In this document: positions 38,150-53,933 of the stretch, piece by piece | Numbering within the stretch: position 1 is the stretch's first letter | Layout of the letters: every line of letters begins with the position of its first letter | Assembly (NCBI RefSeq): GCF_001194135.2 | Contig: NC_068990.1 | Location: 4,214,502 to 4,278,501, forward strand | From: Octopus bimaculoides | Lineage: Eukaryota | DNA: 64,000 bases | Direction of reading: 5' to 3' | Notes under the pieces: generated by a model | Database searches by the model: none | Seen by the model: the letters and a program-made list of their open reading frames with translations, nothing else | Told to the model about the DNA's origin: nothing | Translations under genes and position numbers: made by a program

Positions 38150-39458
38150 GCTAACTGAATGGTTAATATTTCTTCTGTAAAACCTGATGTAGAATGTATT
38201 TCAATTACATATATAATTCTATTCAAATTCTTAATTTCCCCATTACATTAGAAATTGATCAAAGATAACCTTTAGATCATTTTCCTTAAGTTATTATTGC
38301 TTGTTCTTTGGTGATTGATCTGGAAGCTAAATGATGGTGAAAATATTACCAAAGTACTTGTTCAATAAAGCTTCTTCTCTCAATGATATATTGGTTTATT
38401 TCTCTTGAAATATTTATGTATTCATGTTTGCCAGCCTTCTCTTCTCTCACTTCAATATAATTATTCTGTTTAGCTTTTAAGAGTGTACAATAGAGAACTG
38501 CATTATATAATGTTTTAGCAATATATTATGAAATTAGATTTAGCCAAAGATAATGAAGGAATATAAATTAACTTATTACTTTAGCTTGATACAATGAGAT
38601 TGTAAAACTAACTTCATAAATGATTCAGGCCATTTTAAACTGGACTCTTTATCAATTCTGTAACAGGATTATTTATGTAAGTTTTCTGTCATTCTGTTAG
38701 AATTTGAATACTTTTCTTACAGCTGTTCTGTTTTCCTTTTTTTTTTATGAATTTAATTTTGAATGAAAAAAAAAACCCTTTAGAATTTGACACCAGAAGT
38801 TTTTTGTTATTTATTTATATATTTGTTTTGCAATGACAGTTTTCTCATTTCTCTCATAGTTTGTCTTTGCATTGGTGTCTAAACATTAGAGTTTAGAGTC
38901 AAATTGTTCCAGTTTATTTTAAATATGATATGTTTCAATTGTTATAAAGAATGCATGATTTAGCACAATAAAATAAAAATATATATTAAAAAAGGTAAAA
39001 TGAACTTGTGACTGGGATTTTGTCTTGTAAACTAACTATAAATATTGCAAATTCATCCTTGCTTAAGGCACTTTATTTTATTTTGTATCAGCCAAATATA
39101 TTGTGCAAAATAGGCACCTCCTGCAAGGACTACACATTAGACTTTGCCTACAAATGAGTTTCACAGACAGAGGGACATAACATTTTGTGTTTCTACTTTG
39201 TATGACAGATGAAATGCAGTCTGTATCAGGTAAATCAGTGGTTTAATACACAGATATGATACTTCTTTCTCTAGCCAAAATATTGTACAATAGAAATAAT
39301 GATAGAAAACACAGTGTATCTTTTTTTGCTAAATTTATTTTAAAAAGGTTTTCCTCCCAAATGAAAATTATGTAATAATGCGTTGTGTTGTTGATGCTCA
39401 TATATATATATGTATTTACATATATATAGTATATGTATTTCTTTTTCTTTCTTTTTTT
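38150..39458 (-). other. Probable 3' UTR region of the MPP7-like gene
   Basis: AT-rich stretch without recognisable SINEs directly after the stop codon, with several minus-strand AATAAA hexamers (plus-strand TTTATT). The true 3' end cannot be fixed. Confidence 0.4.
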
Positions 39459-39638
39459 TTAATATTGGACCCAGTTTGCTGGGACATACAAAGGTTCTTT
39501 TCCCACTAGTTCCACTATATGAATCAGATCTTTTACTGCTTGCTCTATTGGCCCATTGACAATAGTTTTGTCAAAGAAGTGACCGTAACGAATAACCATT
39601 GTTTTGGATGTGTTGATCATCTTTTGAAGTTCTTCATC
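39459..39638 (-). CDS. MPP7: MPP7-like terminal coding exon, 59 aa plus TAA
   Basis: Acceptor tgtttttccag. Encodes [59 protein letters not shown]. Confidence 0.95.
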   Translation of the reverse strand, partial: DEELQKMINTSKTMVIRYGHFFDKTIVNGPIEQAVKDLIHIVELVGKEPLYVPANWVQY

Positions 39639-42600
39639 CTGGAAAAACAAAGTAAAAATATAAAATAATTTTAATTCAAAAATTCAAAAATTTCAAAAAC
39701 TGAAATTTTTAAAATTTATCCAAATTTATAAAATATAGTTGTAATAAGAGATTAACTTTATAAAAATCATAATAATTATGTAGCAAAAATAAAATATATT
39801 TCCAAACCACCCCGAAAAAACAACAAAAAACTATCAAGTTTTAAGAAAGTGGTTGTTATTTAGTCCTAAGTTAGCTCTGTTTGAGCAAACAAATAACTAA
39901 AGGTATTTCAGCACTGCTGGAAGACACATGGCTCACTGGTTAGAGCACCAGGCTTACAATTGAGAGGTTGTGCATTTGATTCCCAGACCGAGCTGCGTGT
40001 TGTGTTCTTGAGCAAGACACTTTATTTCATGTTGCTCCAGTTCACTCAGATGTAGAAATGAGTTGCAATGTCACTGGTACCAAGTTGTATCAGCCTTTGC
40101 ATTTCCTTCGGGTAATATCAGTGGTGTGAAGAGGGGAGCCTGGTATGTACGGGCAACTGCTGGTCTTCCATAAACAACCGTGCCTGGACTTGTGCTTTGG
40201 AGGGGAACTTTCTAGGTGCAATCTCATGGTCATTAATGATCAAAGGGGGGTCTTTACTCTTTACCCTTTTATTCCAGCACTGACTAGCTTTTTGAATATC
40301 TACAACTATATTAACTAATATGCCCTTCCTTTTTGAAGAAAGTAGGACAAAATCATAAAGGAATTTGGAACTTGGTTGACCCCTAAAGGATGAAACACAA
40401 AGCTGGCCTCAGTAGGAGCTGAACTCAGAATGTAAATAGCCAGAACAAACATCACAAAACATTTTTTTGATGCACTAATGATTCCGCCAGTCCATCACAC
40501 TTAATGGTTTCTAATTTAGGTACAAGACCAGTAATACTGAGAGAAAGGCGATTGACTGATATCATTGACCCCAATACAAGACTAGTATTTTATTTTATTG
40601 TCCTCAAAAAGATGAAAGACAAAGTTGACGTCAATAATATTTCTACACAGAATGTAAAAAGCTGGAAGAAATACAAAGCATTTTGTCCATTCCTTTAGCA
40701 ATTTTGTAACTCCACCACCCTGAATAAGAATGGTTTCAAATTTTGGCACAAAGCCAGCAATTTCGGGGGTTAGGGTGGCTAAGTAGATTAATTGACCCCA
40801 GGGCTCAACTGATATTTACTTTATCAACCTTGAAGGATGAAAAGTAAAGTTGACCTCAGCAGAATTTGAACACAGACCATAGTGATAGAATCAGTGATAA
40901 AAGGCAAAGTTGCTTTGGCAGAATTTTAACTCGGGAGAAATATCACAAAGCATTTTGTCCACTTCATAATGATTTTGCAAATCTAATACTCATAATAATA
41001 ATAATAATGATGATTATTATCATTAAAGCAGCAAGTTGGCAAAATTATTAGCATGCTTAGCATCATTTTGTCTGTCTTTAGTTCAAATACCACCATGGTA
41101 TTCATACTTTCAGGGCTGATGAAATAAGTACCAGCTGAACACTGGGGTCAAGGTAATCAACTAGCACCCTCCTTCAAAATTTCAGGCCTTGTTTTTATAA
41201 CAGAAATGATATTTAAGAAATATATTTTTTCATCTTTTTCTTAATATAAATTATATTGAATGGTTAACTTGTACCAAAAATGTAATTTCATAAGTATCTA
41301 CTTCTAAAAACAACTGAAATTTGGTGCGAGGAGGTTAGTCATTTTCATCAACCCCAGTGCTCAACTGGTACTTATTTTATCAACCCCTTAAAGAATGAAA
41401 GGCAAAGTTGACTTTGGTGGCATTTGAACTCAAAATGTAAAGCCAGAAGGAATTCTGCTAAGCATTTTGTCTGGCAACTAATGATTCTACTACCTCACTG
41501 CCTTCTTAGAGTTGATGATGTTGATGATAATAATAATAATAATAATGAACTCTCCTGTCAAAGTCGATGTATGAGTGTTCAGCTTTTGCTAAACGACCTT
41601 CACAAATGATTTATTTATAGTGATCAAATGTTCGTACTGTACATTAGCTCACTCCCTCCATCAAATGAGTGTTACCTGAAGAAGTGCTCGGAGTATCACA
41701 GGTCAGATGTTGAGGTGACTGCAGAGGAATGTGAGATGAAGTGTTTTGCTCAAGAACACATTGCACCACCTGGTCTAGGAATTAAAACGGTGATCTCATG
41801 ATCATGTGAGCAACACCCTAACCACAAGGCCATGCATCCTCTCAAATAATAGTTGTTGTTGTTGTTTATTATTACTGAAAGAAGTCTCAACTGTGCAGAA
41901 ATAACAAGCTGGTCCTAGGCTAATAAAACAGAAAATGGCATCGACATGAATTGGAGAACAAGTGTTAAAAATGCCAAAGCCTGTATTCTTTATGGTTTTA
42001 TTTTTTCTTTTCCAAACAGATTCCTAAACCCCTTTAGAAAAGGTTGGACAATTCTTGAAGCTTTGACATAAGTTTGTTTTAAAACAGAAAGTCCTCTTTC
42101 TGATGTCAACTACTCAAAAAAAGAAGTGAATCAGAGCAAAGTAATTTACCTTGCCAAAAGGAAAGAGAAAATGTTTATAGTAAGATTGGAAATCTATTTA
42201 TTTATTTATTTTATATTGCAATTGGTGACAGAGAATGTTGTTGGTAATAGATTTCCAGCAGGCCAATCACTAGTTTTCCGCATTTCTGACAACCAAAGTG
42301 ACAAAGAAGTGTCTGCAATTGACACTGAACAAATATCACAATCAAGTTTGTTCAAAAAACAGATTTTTTTTTATGTGTGTGTGTATGGGTTTTACTTTGC
42401 ACATGTTTACATCCTTGCAGACATATATCAGGAAAGCTATACACACAAACAGATATCTATATGTGAGTATGTGTGTATGTGTGTATAGATAGATATGTTT
42501 ATAATATATGGATGTGTATTCATCATCATTTTAATGTCTACTTTTGTAATTTTTGTGTGGGTCTGATGAAAATTCTTTGAGGTAGACTTTCTAGCTGTCT

Positions 42601-43774
42601 ATGGACAGATGCTCTTCCTCGTTAACTCTCACTTTTTTTTTCCAAGGTAGTATTATTTTTCTCTTGTTCAAACATGGTTTCATTGAAGGTCACAGGCAAT
42701 TGAAACTGCTTGTGTGATGATGACATTTACAATTAACATGAAATGTCGAAACATGGAGGCACAAATATGCACATGCGCACACATGCATGCACACACACAA
42801 AGATATGAAGAGATTGTTTCCAGTTTACATCTGCCAAATTCATTCACAATGATTTGGTTGGTATGGGGCTATAGCAGAAGACGCTCACCCAAAATGGCAC
42901 ACAGTGGAATTCATCCCCAAACCACATAATTGTGGAATGAACTTCTTAACTACACAGATATTATGGTGCTCTCTTTCTCTTTTCCTCTTTTTCTCTCCCC
43001 CCCCCCTCTCTAACTCATCATCATCATCGTTTAGCATTCGTTTTCCATGGTAGTATGGGTTAGAGAGTTTGAATGGAACTTGTAAGCCAGGGGACACCAG
43101 GCTACTGGCTCTTTTGGATTTCTATGGCTGGATGACCTTCCTAACACCAGCCACTCCATAGAGTATACTGGGTGTCTTTTTACATGTCACCAGCATTGGT
43201 ACCTTTTACATACACACATATAACACATAATGGAATAGGGATTTGAAATCTGGGCAGGTATCTTATGAGCACTCTGATACAATCCAGATCTGACTAACCA
43301 TGTAGAATGATAGGGAACATTCAGAATCATTAAGATAAGCAATGCAATTAAAGTGTACTTCATTCGATAGGTTGGGTTACAGAGTTTGTTTCATCCGCTT
43401 GTATGGGTAACACCTCAATTGAAGCTGTATGGTTTGTCAATATTTAGATGAATGTGTATCACAACTGGTTTAATATAAGTCAATTAAATGTGCATAACTG
43501 CTGCATCAAAGAACACAAGGATACTTATCCAGCAGAAACACATGTTGGAATGGAATACAAAGATAATATTTTCAATAAATAAATTTTAAAGATGTATAAT
43601 TCTCCATTCTTTATAATAATATATATATATTTATATATTGAGTCATCCCATAAATAATGATAGATAGATATGTTAGTAAATCATATTTGTAATATCTTAT
43701 GAATGGGGAATGCAACAACTAAAGCATGAAGTTTGTATACATATACATATATCCAACCCATATGATGATGATGA

Positions 43775-43811
<37 letters not shown>

Positions 43812-46800
43812 GTATATATATATATAGCTATTCAGTAAATAGTGATTTTTGTTAATATTACTTTAAAAGGCATCAGTGCTTTTGCATTTGCCTATTTATG
43901 CATACCTGAGCTTGTGTATGAATGTGTACATATGTTTAAATAAATTAATCTAGCCTTAATTTTATAATACTGTAGAGATTTCAAACCATAAGATTCTGTG
44001 TGAGATGTCTTCAGAACAAAAGACTTCCTCCGACGATGTAAATGTCAAAGAACAAACTTAAAAGTAACATTAATATCTTGTCAAACAGAAAACTACATCT
44101 ACTTCCTACCCAGCTTCTTTTATTGAGCTAACTACTATCTCACAAACATTCTCATTCTTTATCGTTTCTTGCAAAGCAGCGACTACAATCAAATTTGCAA
44201 AATGTTAGACTAGTAAAAGATTACATTGTGTGTATGTTTGACATTTTAAAATCCCACAAATGCTTTTTCTTTTTTGTTTATTCATTTTCCTATATTTAAA
44301 AATATCATTTATTTATTTAACTTTATTTTTAAAAATATTTTTAAGTTTATTTACTCAGTAATCGAGTCTGGTTAGTTTCATAGTGTGAAATCCTAAACAG
44401 ATTTGAAATCACAGTGTAAAAATAACAATAAATAAAATATAAAATAATAAGAAAAACATTAAATTAAATCTAATTCCAATGTTTGTTTCCTCTTATATTT
44501 CACATTCATTTGATTTCGAAATTCAGAAACATAAATAAAAGCATGCATACAAAAAGAAAAAAGAAAAAAAAACAATAACAACAAAAAGACAAAGAGAAAC
44601 AAAAACAAACATCAGTACAACATGAAATAAAACTATTTAGAAAAAACGAAAATTAATAACATAAACACAAATTTAAAAAACTCCTCAAATTAATAACTTT
44701 TTTCCCAGTTTCTGTTCGTGAAAGTCAATACTTAAAGTTTTGTCAAGTGTTCTTTTAAATATTTTTATAATTCATTGAAAATAAAATTAATACTTACTGA
44801 AAATGGTTGAGGGAGATCATTTACTGTATGTCTAGCATTTTTTTCAAACCTCGTGGCTTTTACTATTTCAAAAGATGGTGGTGCTACAAATATCACATAT
44901 GGTTTGATGTCTGCTGTTCGTAAAAATTTAAGAGCCTGAAAGAAAAATAACAGTAAAAGGTAAAAATGGAAAAGCAAAATATATAAAATAAAATTAAAAT
45001 GATAAACATTCCTAAGGATATTAGTAATTGATTATCTATTAGTTTTATATTGCAGATCAATTAATTAATCTAGCAACTGAGGTTGGATAGTTAAAGTCAG
45101 CTTATAATAATGATTTCTCACATTGACAAAATGCTTATACATTTGAAGAGAAGGGTTTGGCCTTAGAATATGTCTAGTATTTGTAGATCCAAGAAGAAAA
45201 GCAAAGTTGACTTAGGTTGGATCCAGACTTGTGATGGACAGGGACACAGTTAAATATGGCAAATTATGTTTCTTCCTTGATTTTTAGATTTTAAACAACT
45301 CTGGGGGAAGATTTTGTCAACCAATTGCTTGGATGATCTTGAATGAATTTTTAAAATTCGCTATGTTACATATATGAGTCCTTATCATATTTGTATTTAG
45401 CAGGCAGGTATGTAATAAGCACTTATGTCAGTGTTACATAATATGCATCCATCTGAGTGCCATGCAAAAAGCATGCCATGCCAGTGTCGTGTGAGGAGCA
45501 CATATGTTAGTGCTACATAAAATGCACTCATGCCAGCACCAGATATAAAACACCCATGCTGGCGCTTCGTAGAAAGCACCCAGTACACTCTGTAAAGTGG
45601 TAGGCATTAGGAATGGCATCTAGCCATAGAAACTGTGTCAAAACATGACTGGAGCCTGGAGCAATACTCTGGCTTGCCATCCAACCCATGCCAGCATGGA
45701 AAATGAATGATAGATGATGATGATGATGAACACTTCTCTGAAGGTATTGTAAATGTTGCAAGGCTTTTGTCTGTTCTATTCATTGCTAACATAATAAATT
45801 ATAATAGTGATTTTTAACAGAAGCACAAGGCATAGTCAAGCCATTCAACTCCAATGTATGACTGGTACTTATTTTATAAAACCCCCTCTCCCCAGATAAA
45901 AGACAAATTTGACACTGGCTTTTCCCTTCACACACATTGTTTTCTACTTTGATAGTAACTCTTTAGTATTCAGATTCCTCTGTCAAATGTGATGCTTATT
46001 TATTCACATTGTTTTGAATTAATCATGCATTATCTTGTAACTCCAAGATTTTGATTGTAATTGCTTATATTTAGAATGACATTGTAGGGTAGGTGGATTT
46101 TTGCCAGTTTGAACATAAGACATGTCAAATATCTGGGCTAGATATTGTCAGTTTTAATGCTAAATAGTTAAACATAATAACAGACACATATCAAGAATTA
46201 ACTCTTTAGATTTTAATGTTAATCATTATGGAAAATATAAGCAGCAATTTGAGACAGAAAATAACAACAGACCCAATAAAGGGACTCTAACCATGTATCT
46301 GTAAAAAAGGGAGAGATAGGAGGATTAAGTCATCCTGTCAGTGATCTTGTTTCTATTTCTGTCTCAAATTAGTGTTATGTTGTCTAATAACAGAGTAACA
46401 TTCAGCTTTAGAGAATAGTTAAATCTTAAAAAATCTTGTTTTACCTGTGTATGCGGTGTTAAGACACACACTTTTCCTGAGTTGATCACACATTTTATGG
46501 AATCAATGCTTGAGCCGTATAAATTTCCTTTATACTCTCCATACTCAACAAATCTTTGAAAAGAAACCAAAAAGAAGGCATATAGATATAAAACAAAATA
46601 GAGAGAAAGAGGTGGGGAGACAGAGAGAGAAAAGGAGAATGAGTGAGAGACTTTGAAAAATCAGAATAATTATACAAGTATTGAAAGGGGAGTGAGAAAA
46701 AAGACATAAATAGAACTGATTCAAATGCTTATTGTTATCATATTGTAATGAATGTAAACACAATTGATTATAAGTAAAAAGATAAGGAAATCCATCACAA

Positions 46801-48044
46801 TGCTGAATAAAGAGAAAAATAAATTTATTCAGTTTTTGCTTTAATAATTTTTAATTGGGAAATGATAGATTCAAAATCTGAAATATCGATGAAATTTATA
46901 TCTATTTAGCATCGAAGTGACTTTCATCACTCTTCTTTGTACAACAATACTTCTTTCAATAGCAATGCTTCAAATGAGCTACAAGTTCTTACTAATAACT
47001 AAATCTGTTTTTTTCTCTTTTTCTGCTTTTTTTTTTTGAAAAATCAACCTATATAGCAATCAACAATGTTGAACTTACACTGTTTGAAAGGAGATGTTTT
47101 AAAAATCAGAAATTCAACTTTAATCTCAAGGCATTTAAGTTATTTAAATCAACAATTTTTTTCCTTCTTTATTTATATATGTAAATATAGAAGTACTGCG
47201 TCAATAATGGACAACCAGAATAAATTTGATCAAATACTGATTAGCACTGGTTTCCATGCCAAATTCTGTGCTTCATCTTTGAAGTCTAGAACAAATCTCA
47301 TTCACAAAATGCCCTGTGTGGGTGTGTGTATAAACAGACACATGCATATTTATTTCTGTGTAGATGTGTGTGTGTGTGTGTGCACATATATATCTTTTCT
47401 GCTTTACTTGTTTAAAGTCATTGGACTACGGCCATGCTGGGGCAGCACCATGAATGACTTTACTCAAACAAATTGACCCCAGTACTTATTTTTAAAGCTT
47501 GGTACTTCTTTCTATCGGTCTCTTTTACCTAACTGCTAAGTTACAAGGGAGGTAAACAAACCAACCCTGGTTGTCAAGAGGTGGTAGGGGACAAACACAA
47601 CCACAAAGACACACATGCAGCTATATGTACATACATATAAATATATGGCAGGCTTCTTTCAGTTTCCTTCTACTAAATCCACCCACAAGGGTGATAGTAG
47701 AAGACACTTTTTCCATGCAGTGGGACTGAACCTAGAACTATTTGGTTGAGAAACAAACTTCTTACTACACAGCCATGCCTGTGCTTATGCATGTGTATGT
47801 ATGTGTGAGTATGAGTATGCTTATATCTCCTTGTATTGACATTTCAGGATAGTTGTAAATGAGTGTCATTGTCATACAAGCAGTGTGGTGAATTTCCAAT
47901 ATTCTGTGAAAGCATATTGGGTCATGGAGAGATATGACCTAGCAACAGGTGAAGGTCGGCAACAAGAAGGACCTCCAGCAAATGGACATTAAAATAATGA
48001 TGAAGTGAGACCAGAAAATATAAAATAGCCTGAAAACATTCTCA

Positions 48045-48077
<33 letters not shown>

Positions 48078-48400
48078 CAATGTTAATTCTCTAAATGAAG
48101 TATTAACAGTAACTGCACGATAAAGTGTAGTATATTGCCACTTAAGTGTGGCTGACCCCTAGGGGTGGATGTTACTGTTGCTTTTAGCCCCATATACTTT
48201 TATTCTTTTACTTGTTTCAGTCATTTTGACTGTGGCCATGCTGGAGCGCCGCCTTTGATTGAGCAAATCAACTCCAGGACTTATTCTTTGTAAGCCTAGT
48301 AGTTATTCTATCGGTGTCTTTTGCTGAACCACTAAGTTATGGGGACGTAAACACACCAGCAACAGTTGTCAAGCGATGCTGAGGACACACACAAACATAT

Positions 48401-48453
<53 letters not shown>

Positions 48454-48612
48454 GGTCTTCTTTCAGTTTCCGTCTACCAAATCCATTCACAAGGCTTTGA
48501 TTGGCCTGAGGCTATAGAAGAAGACACTTGCCCAAGGTGCCATGCAGTGGGACTGAACCCGGAACCATGTGGTTGGTAAGCAAGCTACTTACTACACAAC
48601 CACTCCTACGAC

Positions 48613-48644
<32 letters not shown>

Positions 48645-49311
48645 TGATTATATGGGTACAGGATGTTACCAACAGTGCAAATAACATGAAATATGTGAAC
48701 AAACGAGTTAGATACATAACCAGTGAGAAAAAAATGGAAAACAGGACAAGTAAACACAGTGTTGGATGTCTATCTACTCCTCATTTTGATCATTCAATGA
48801 CAAAATGAGTCTTCAAAAACAGTTGCTGCCATAAATTCTAAAATAGAATTTAAGATTTACGGAGACATACAAGGAAACCGAACAAAAACAAACATGGAGG
48901 GTCGTTAGACCAGAATGAGAGGAAAGTTGTGAATGCTGGGAGAAACATTTTTCTTGGAAAGAGAAAACATAGAAGAGAGAGAGAAAAAAACACGTCTACT
49001 CTTTTGAACATCCGTGCAGGAAAAGAAAGATGTCATCAACAGTCTTTCACTCCCACACTGATTAACAAACCCCAACCCCACCTCAAACACACCCAAATCC
49101 CATATATAGAATCACAAAGCCCCAGATCCTCAGATCTGTTTGACAACGAATGCGAGAAAGTTCTCCCTAAAAGGTAAAAATGAATTTTTTTTTATATTCT
49201 CCCCACCCAAGTTAACAAAGAACTTACTAGATCTATGAACTAAAGTGTAAAATTTATATTATAACTTCCAATGAAATCATCCTTTTTTTTTTTTCAAATA
49301 CACACACACAC

Positions 49312-49344
<33 letters not shown>

Positions 49345-49369
49345 CATACATATATACATATATATATAC

Positions 49370-49409
<40 letters not shown>

Positions 49410-51656
49410 TAGGTAAGTAGGGGTAAGATAATCCAGGTATTTACCTTAGGAAGCACTCATGTTGTGAATAATCACTATGGAATTGTTGAAACAATTGTCA
49501 AGCATGAAATAAAAATATCACAGACAACAATCTTCAATTTTTATTTTATTTTGTTTTATTTCATACATACATACATACATACATACATTTAAATAGTTAG
49601 AGATTTACAGCTGTGCTAATTCAATCATTTTATGAGAAGGATGAGGAAATAGAGATGTATAGCTTAGAGAACAATTGCAAAGTTTCTTCAGGATAGCCTA
49701 ACAAAGGGCTACAAGACAAAATTTGTAGCTGGTGCATAGTTGCAGCCAGAACTAGGATGACATGATGGTGGAACAGTAAAGTAGACACTGTCAAAAGGGC
49801 AAAGAAAAGGCATGGAAGGATTGGACGAATGGGGATAGTAAAGAGCTATATCAGGAAACTGGAAGAGAAGAGAGCAGACAGGCATATTTAGCTAGACGTG
49901 AAGCAGAAAGGAAGAAGTTTGCCTATTTTCAGCAGCAATAAGTCAAGAGGTATGAGGTGTTCTGGATTGCAAGACAATATGCTGGACAAAATCATGACAA
50001 TGTAGGAAAGAAGTGAGTTCGAATGGAAGATGGTACACTTGCACTTAATGTGAGGTATGGCAATACAAAATTGAATGACTGCTAAATGTGGAGAATGCAT
50101 GGGAAAAGAAAACTCTTCCTAACACCTCCCCCGTCTCCCCATCCAAATTTACCACTCATTTTATTCGCCTCCCGTCTATCTTCCACTTACCCTTTGCACC
50201 CTCATGCACCTATCTGGATACAATGTGATTATGTTGAATCTATTCCCTATGACATATCTTCCTAACAACTCCTCCCTCTATTTGTGTCCACTCACTACAT
50301 TCCCTTGTGGAGGCACGTGGCTTAGTGGTTAGGGTGTTGCACTCAAGATTGTAAGATTGTGGTTTCGATTCCTGGAGTGGATGATGCATTGTGTTCTGGA
50401 ACAAAATGCTTCATTTCACATTGCTCCAGTCCACTCACCTGGCAAAAATGAGTCATCCTATGACAGACTTGCGTTCTGTATGACATGCAAACTGGGAAAC
50501 CAGCCCTTATGAGTTGGCATGACTCGAGACAGTATTTTTACCTTTACCTACAATATTCCCTCCACTCCATCACCCACTTCCCTTTCACAATCTTGTGAAC
50601 TTACCCATCCACTCATCCCATCCAATCCTTGGTTCTACATCACTTATATACAACACCTTATAACCTGAATGTACAGCAAGACACCTTTTTCTGTCTCTAT
50701 TCATAATCTAACCCAGTGCTTCTCAGCCTTTTTACTCTTGCATAACCCTTAAAATAAATTACATGTCTCAAGGAACCCCTGCACAAAAAAATAACAAATT
50801 ATATATCATATCTTTCTCATATTTTTTTCATTGTAGTTAACGAGGAAAATATCATATATATGTACGTATGTATGTATGTATGTATGTATGTATACACACA
50901 CATATATATATATACATATATATATGGTTGTTATATTTTTTTGATAACATAATAGGTTAGATAGAATGATGTCTATATTACAATAACCAATAATATGTTG
51001 TGCATGAATAGTAATATTAAGATCATGAAATTCGCATTAGCTTATCTCACTCATTCTCATGGAACCCCTGTTGTGGAACCCTAAGAACCTGTTGTGGAAC
51101 CCCTAGGAACCTGTTGTGGAACCCTAGGGTTCCGGGGAACCCCAGTTGAGAGACGCTGCTCTAACCTCTTGTCACCAGGCACAGAGCCTCAATACTACCC
51201 TCCCCCTCAGTTGAGAGGTCCTGTCTTGTAAGTTATTTGATGACCTCACTAGTGTTTGTGCCATGCAAATAACACCCAATACATTCTGTAAAGTGATTGA
51301 TGTTAAAAAGGGCATTCAGCCATAGAAACCATGCCAAAACAGAGAGTAGGGCTTTGCACAGTCTTCTGGTTTGCTAGCTTCTATCAAACCATTCAGCCAA
51401 TGCCATCAAGGACAATGGACTTAAATGATGGTGATGATGATGGAACAAAAGAGAGAAAGACTAACTCAATACATGTTGTAGAGCATATTATTTGTGTGAA
51501 GCTGATGAGTCACCCAGTTGCTACTGAGAATTTATCTTCAGTATAATCTTTTAGGTGACAAGATTTAATGTCTATAGCTGTCTCTGAGTGTGGGAACTAA
51601 TTGCAATCTTCGTTATGCACATACACATGCATGTGTGTGCGCACACACACACACAC

Positions 51657-51689
<33 letters not shown>

Positions 51690-53866
51690 TACATACCTGT
51701 TTAGTAAAATACCTTTCTCCATTTCATCTCTAGATACAAAATGGTAATCCCTTCCATCAACTTCATGAGGTTTTTTTAGTCTAGTTGTATCTGGAAGAAA
51801 GATATCAAATTGATGAATACTATCTTTAACCAACATCAATTATAATTTCAGTTTCAATGAAAAACACAAAATATCTATAAATTAAAATGTCTATAAACGT
51901 AATTTTTCCTATCTTAATTGTTTAAATTTAAATCATAATAATTATGGCCTAAATAGTCATTTACCGTGGGTATAGTTATTAATGTTGATCTGTTTAGTAT
52001 TAGTTAATGGCATGACATATTTCCTAAGTGAATTACTAAAATATGGCAAGTTGGTTGAAACAAGACCCATTCCACTATTACATTTTTCTATATTTTTTAA
52101 AAGTTTACCTGATTTTATTAGAGTTTGCTACTTTGGTATTTTTTAAAAAAAATTTTTAATCCTTCTGGAGAGATAATTTGTCTACAAATCCCATTAATAA
52201 TGTCATTTAATCAAAACTGTTCAACTTACTGTATTCCATATGTGAAATCTTACCATATTTAAAAGAGTAGAACATTATTGGATTTAATTGTTATTTAGCA
52301 CCAGGTCAGATTTGGTCAACCTAATCTATAGCCTAAGTCATTCCAGCTTTGATGCTCTCTCTCTCCCCTTTCCAGGTTTTTTTGTCCAATGTTTCCTTTC
52401 ATATTTAAGATGGTAGGGTGTGATTTGGTTTATATTTTTAACACATTAGCATACTGTAATGAAGTTTTCTCAGCTCATATTCAAGCTGTTTAGTTTTAAA
52501 TCTTTGTGTTCAGTATTCAAATCCCTTCAGTGACTGTTTTTCCTTTTATCCTTACAAGTTTGATTCAATTACATCAATTCATTTGACTATTCTGACAGAA
52601 ATACTGGTTGAAAAAGAAATGCTGGACATTGCTCTCTTTCATCATCTGCACTTGGAGTTCATTTTCAACTGCGAATAAATAATGGCTGGCTGATTGCAAG
52701 AGTGCAAACTTTCTTAGTTAATAGCATTTTATGTTGGAAATGATTAATTTTGATTGGCTATGCTTCAGAACACCAAATTTACCACTGGGCATTCTTTTGA
52801 ATCACAAATATCGAGCTACAGAGGAACTTTGTGGAAGACATGCATTTCCCTAGTTGATGATCTAACCAGCTATTTAATATGGGAGTTAATTAAGTTGTCT
52901 TTGCCATGGACAGGGATCACTGGATTAGAGGTCATGCCAGCATTGAATACATAACTTCTAGTATCTAAAAGAATTATCCTCTTGAAATTTGACCTTGTAC
53001 CTGATTAAAAGAAATTCAATGGGCATGCTAGTATGGACATGTGAATGGATATGGATGATGTTAGGTGAATGGAGTTATGACAGGAGATTCATGTGGAAGG
53101 AAACAGTGGAAGAAGACATAAGAAGTGGTGAAGGATGATCGCTAGAGCTGAATTTCACAAATGGAGATGACAAAGTAAAGCAACAGGTGGTATGGTGCTG
53201 TGTTTGTCTAGACCCAAGCAACCCATACAAACATCAGAAAATGGATTTTTAAAAAAAACCGATAATGATGATGAAGATGATAGATGATGACCACTACATC
53301 AAGCTTTTAGAGAACAACAACACACAAAAATATGGATGCGCTGCACCACATATCTATGATAACATCAATAATGAGGCTAAACAAACAGCCACTTACCTAG
53401 ACACCGTCAACAGGGTAGAAATACTAGCTAAACGTAATGCTTTTATAACTATCAAGAATCACAAACTGAACTTTGCTTCCAACCCTAAATGCTGCCTGAT
53501 TAACCCTTCCAAATCCCAGATCGGACTGGTGAGTAAACACATCCCAAGAAGGGTTAATAAAGACATAAGGAAGGCATCTAATTTCTCTTTATGGCGTAAC
53601 ACAATTGAGGTGTTACATTGGTTTGAGACCAAATGAAGCACTTTTAGAGCCAGGTTTATACAATTCGATATCAAAAATGTTACTTGATACGGCATTAGTA
53701 TATGCTAGACGAATTACCGATACATTACTTACTGATGTATTCAACGCAAAGGTAAGCCTATTTCTAATGTGTTCATTGCATTGCTTGTGTGTATCTTTAT
53801 TGCGAGTTTATGGTGGTTTCGGAGCATTGGTTCTGGTTTTAGTGAGTGGTATAATATACCCTATTG

Positions 53867-53933
<67 letters not shown>

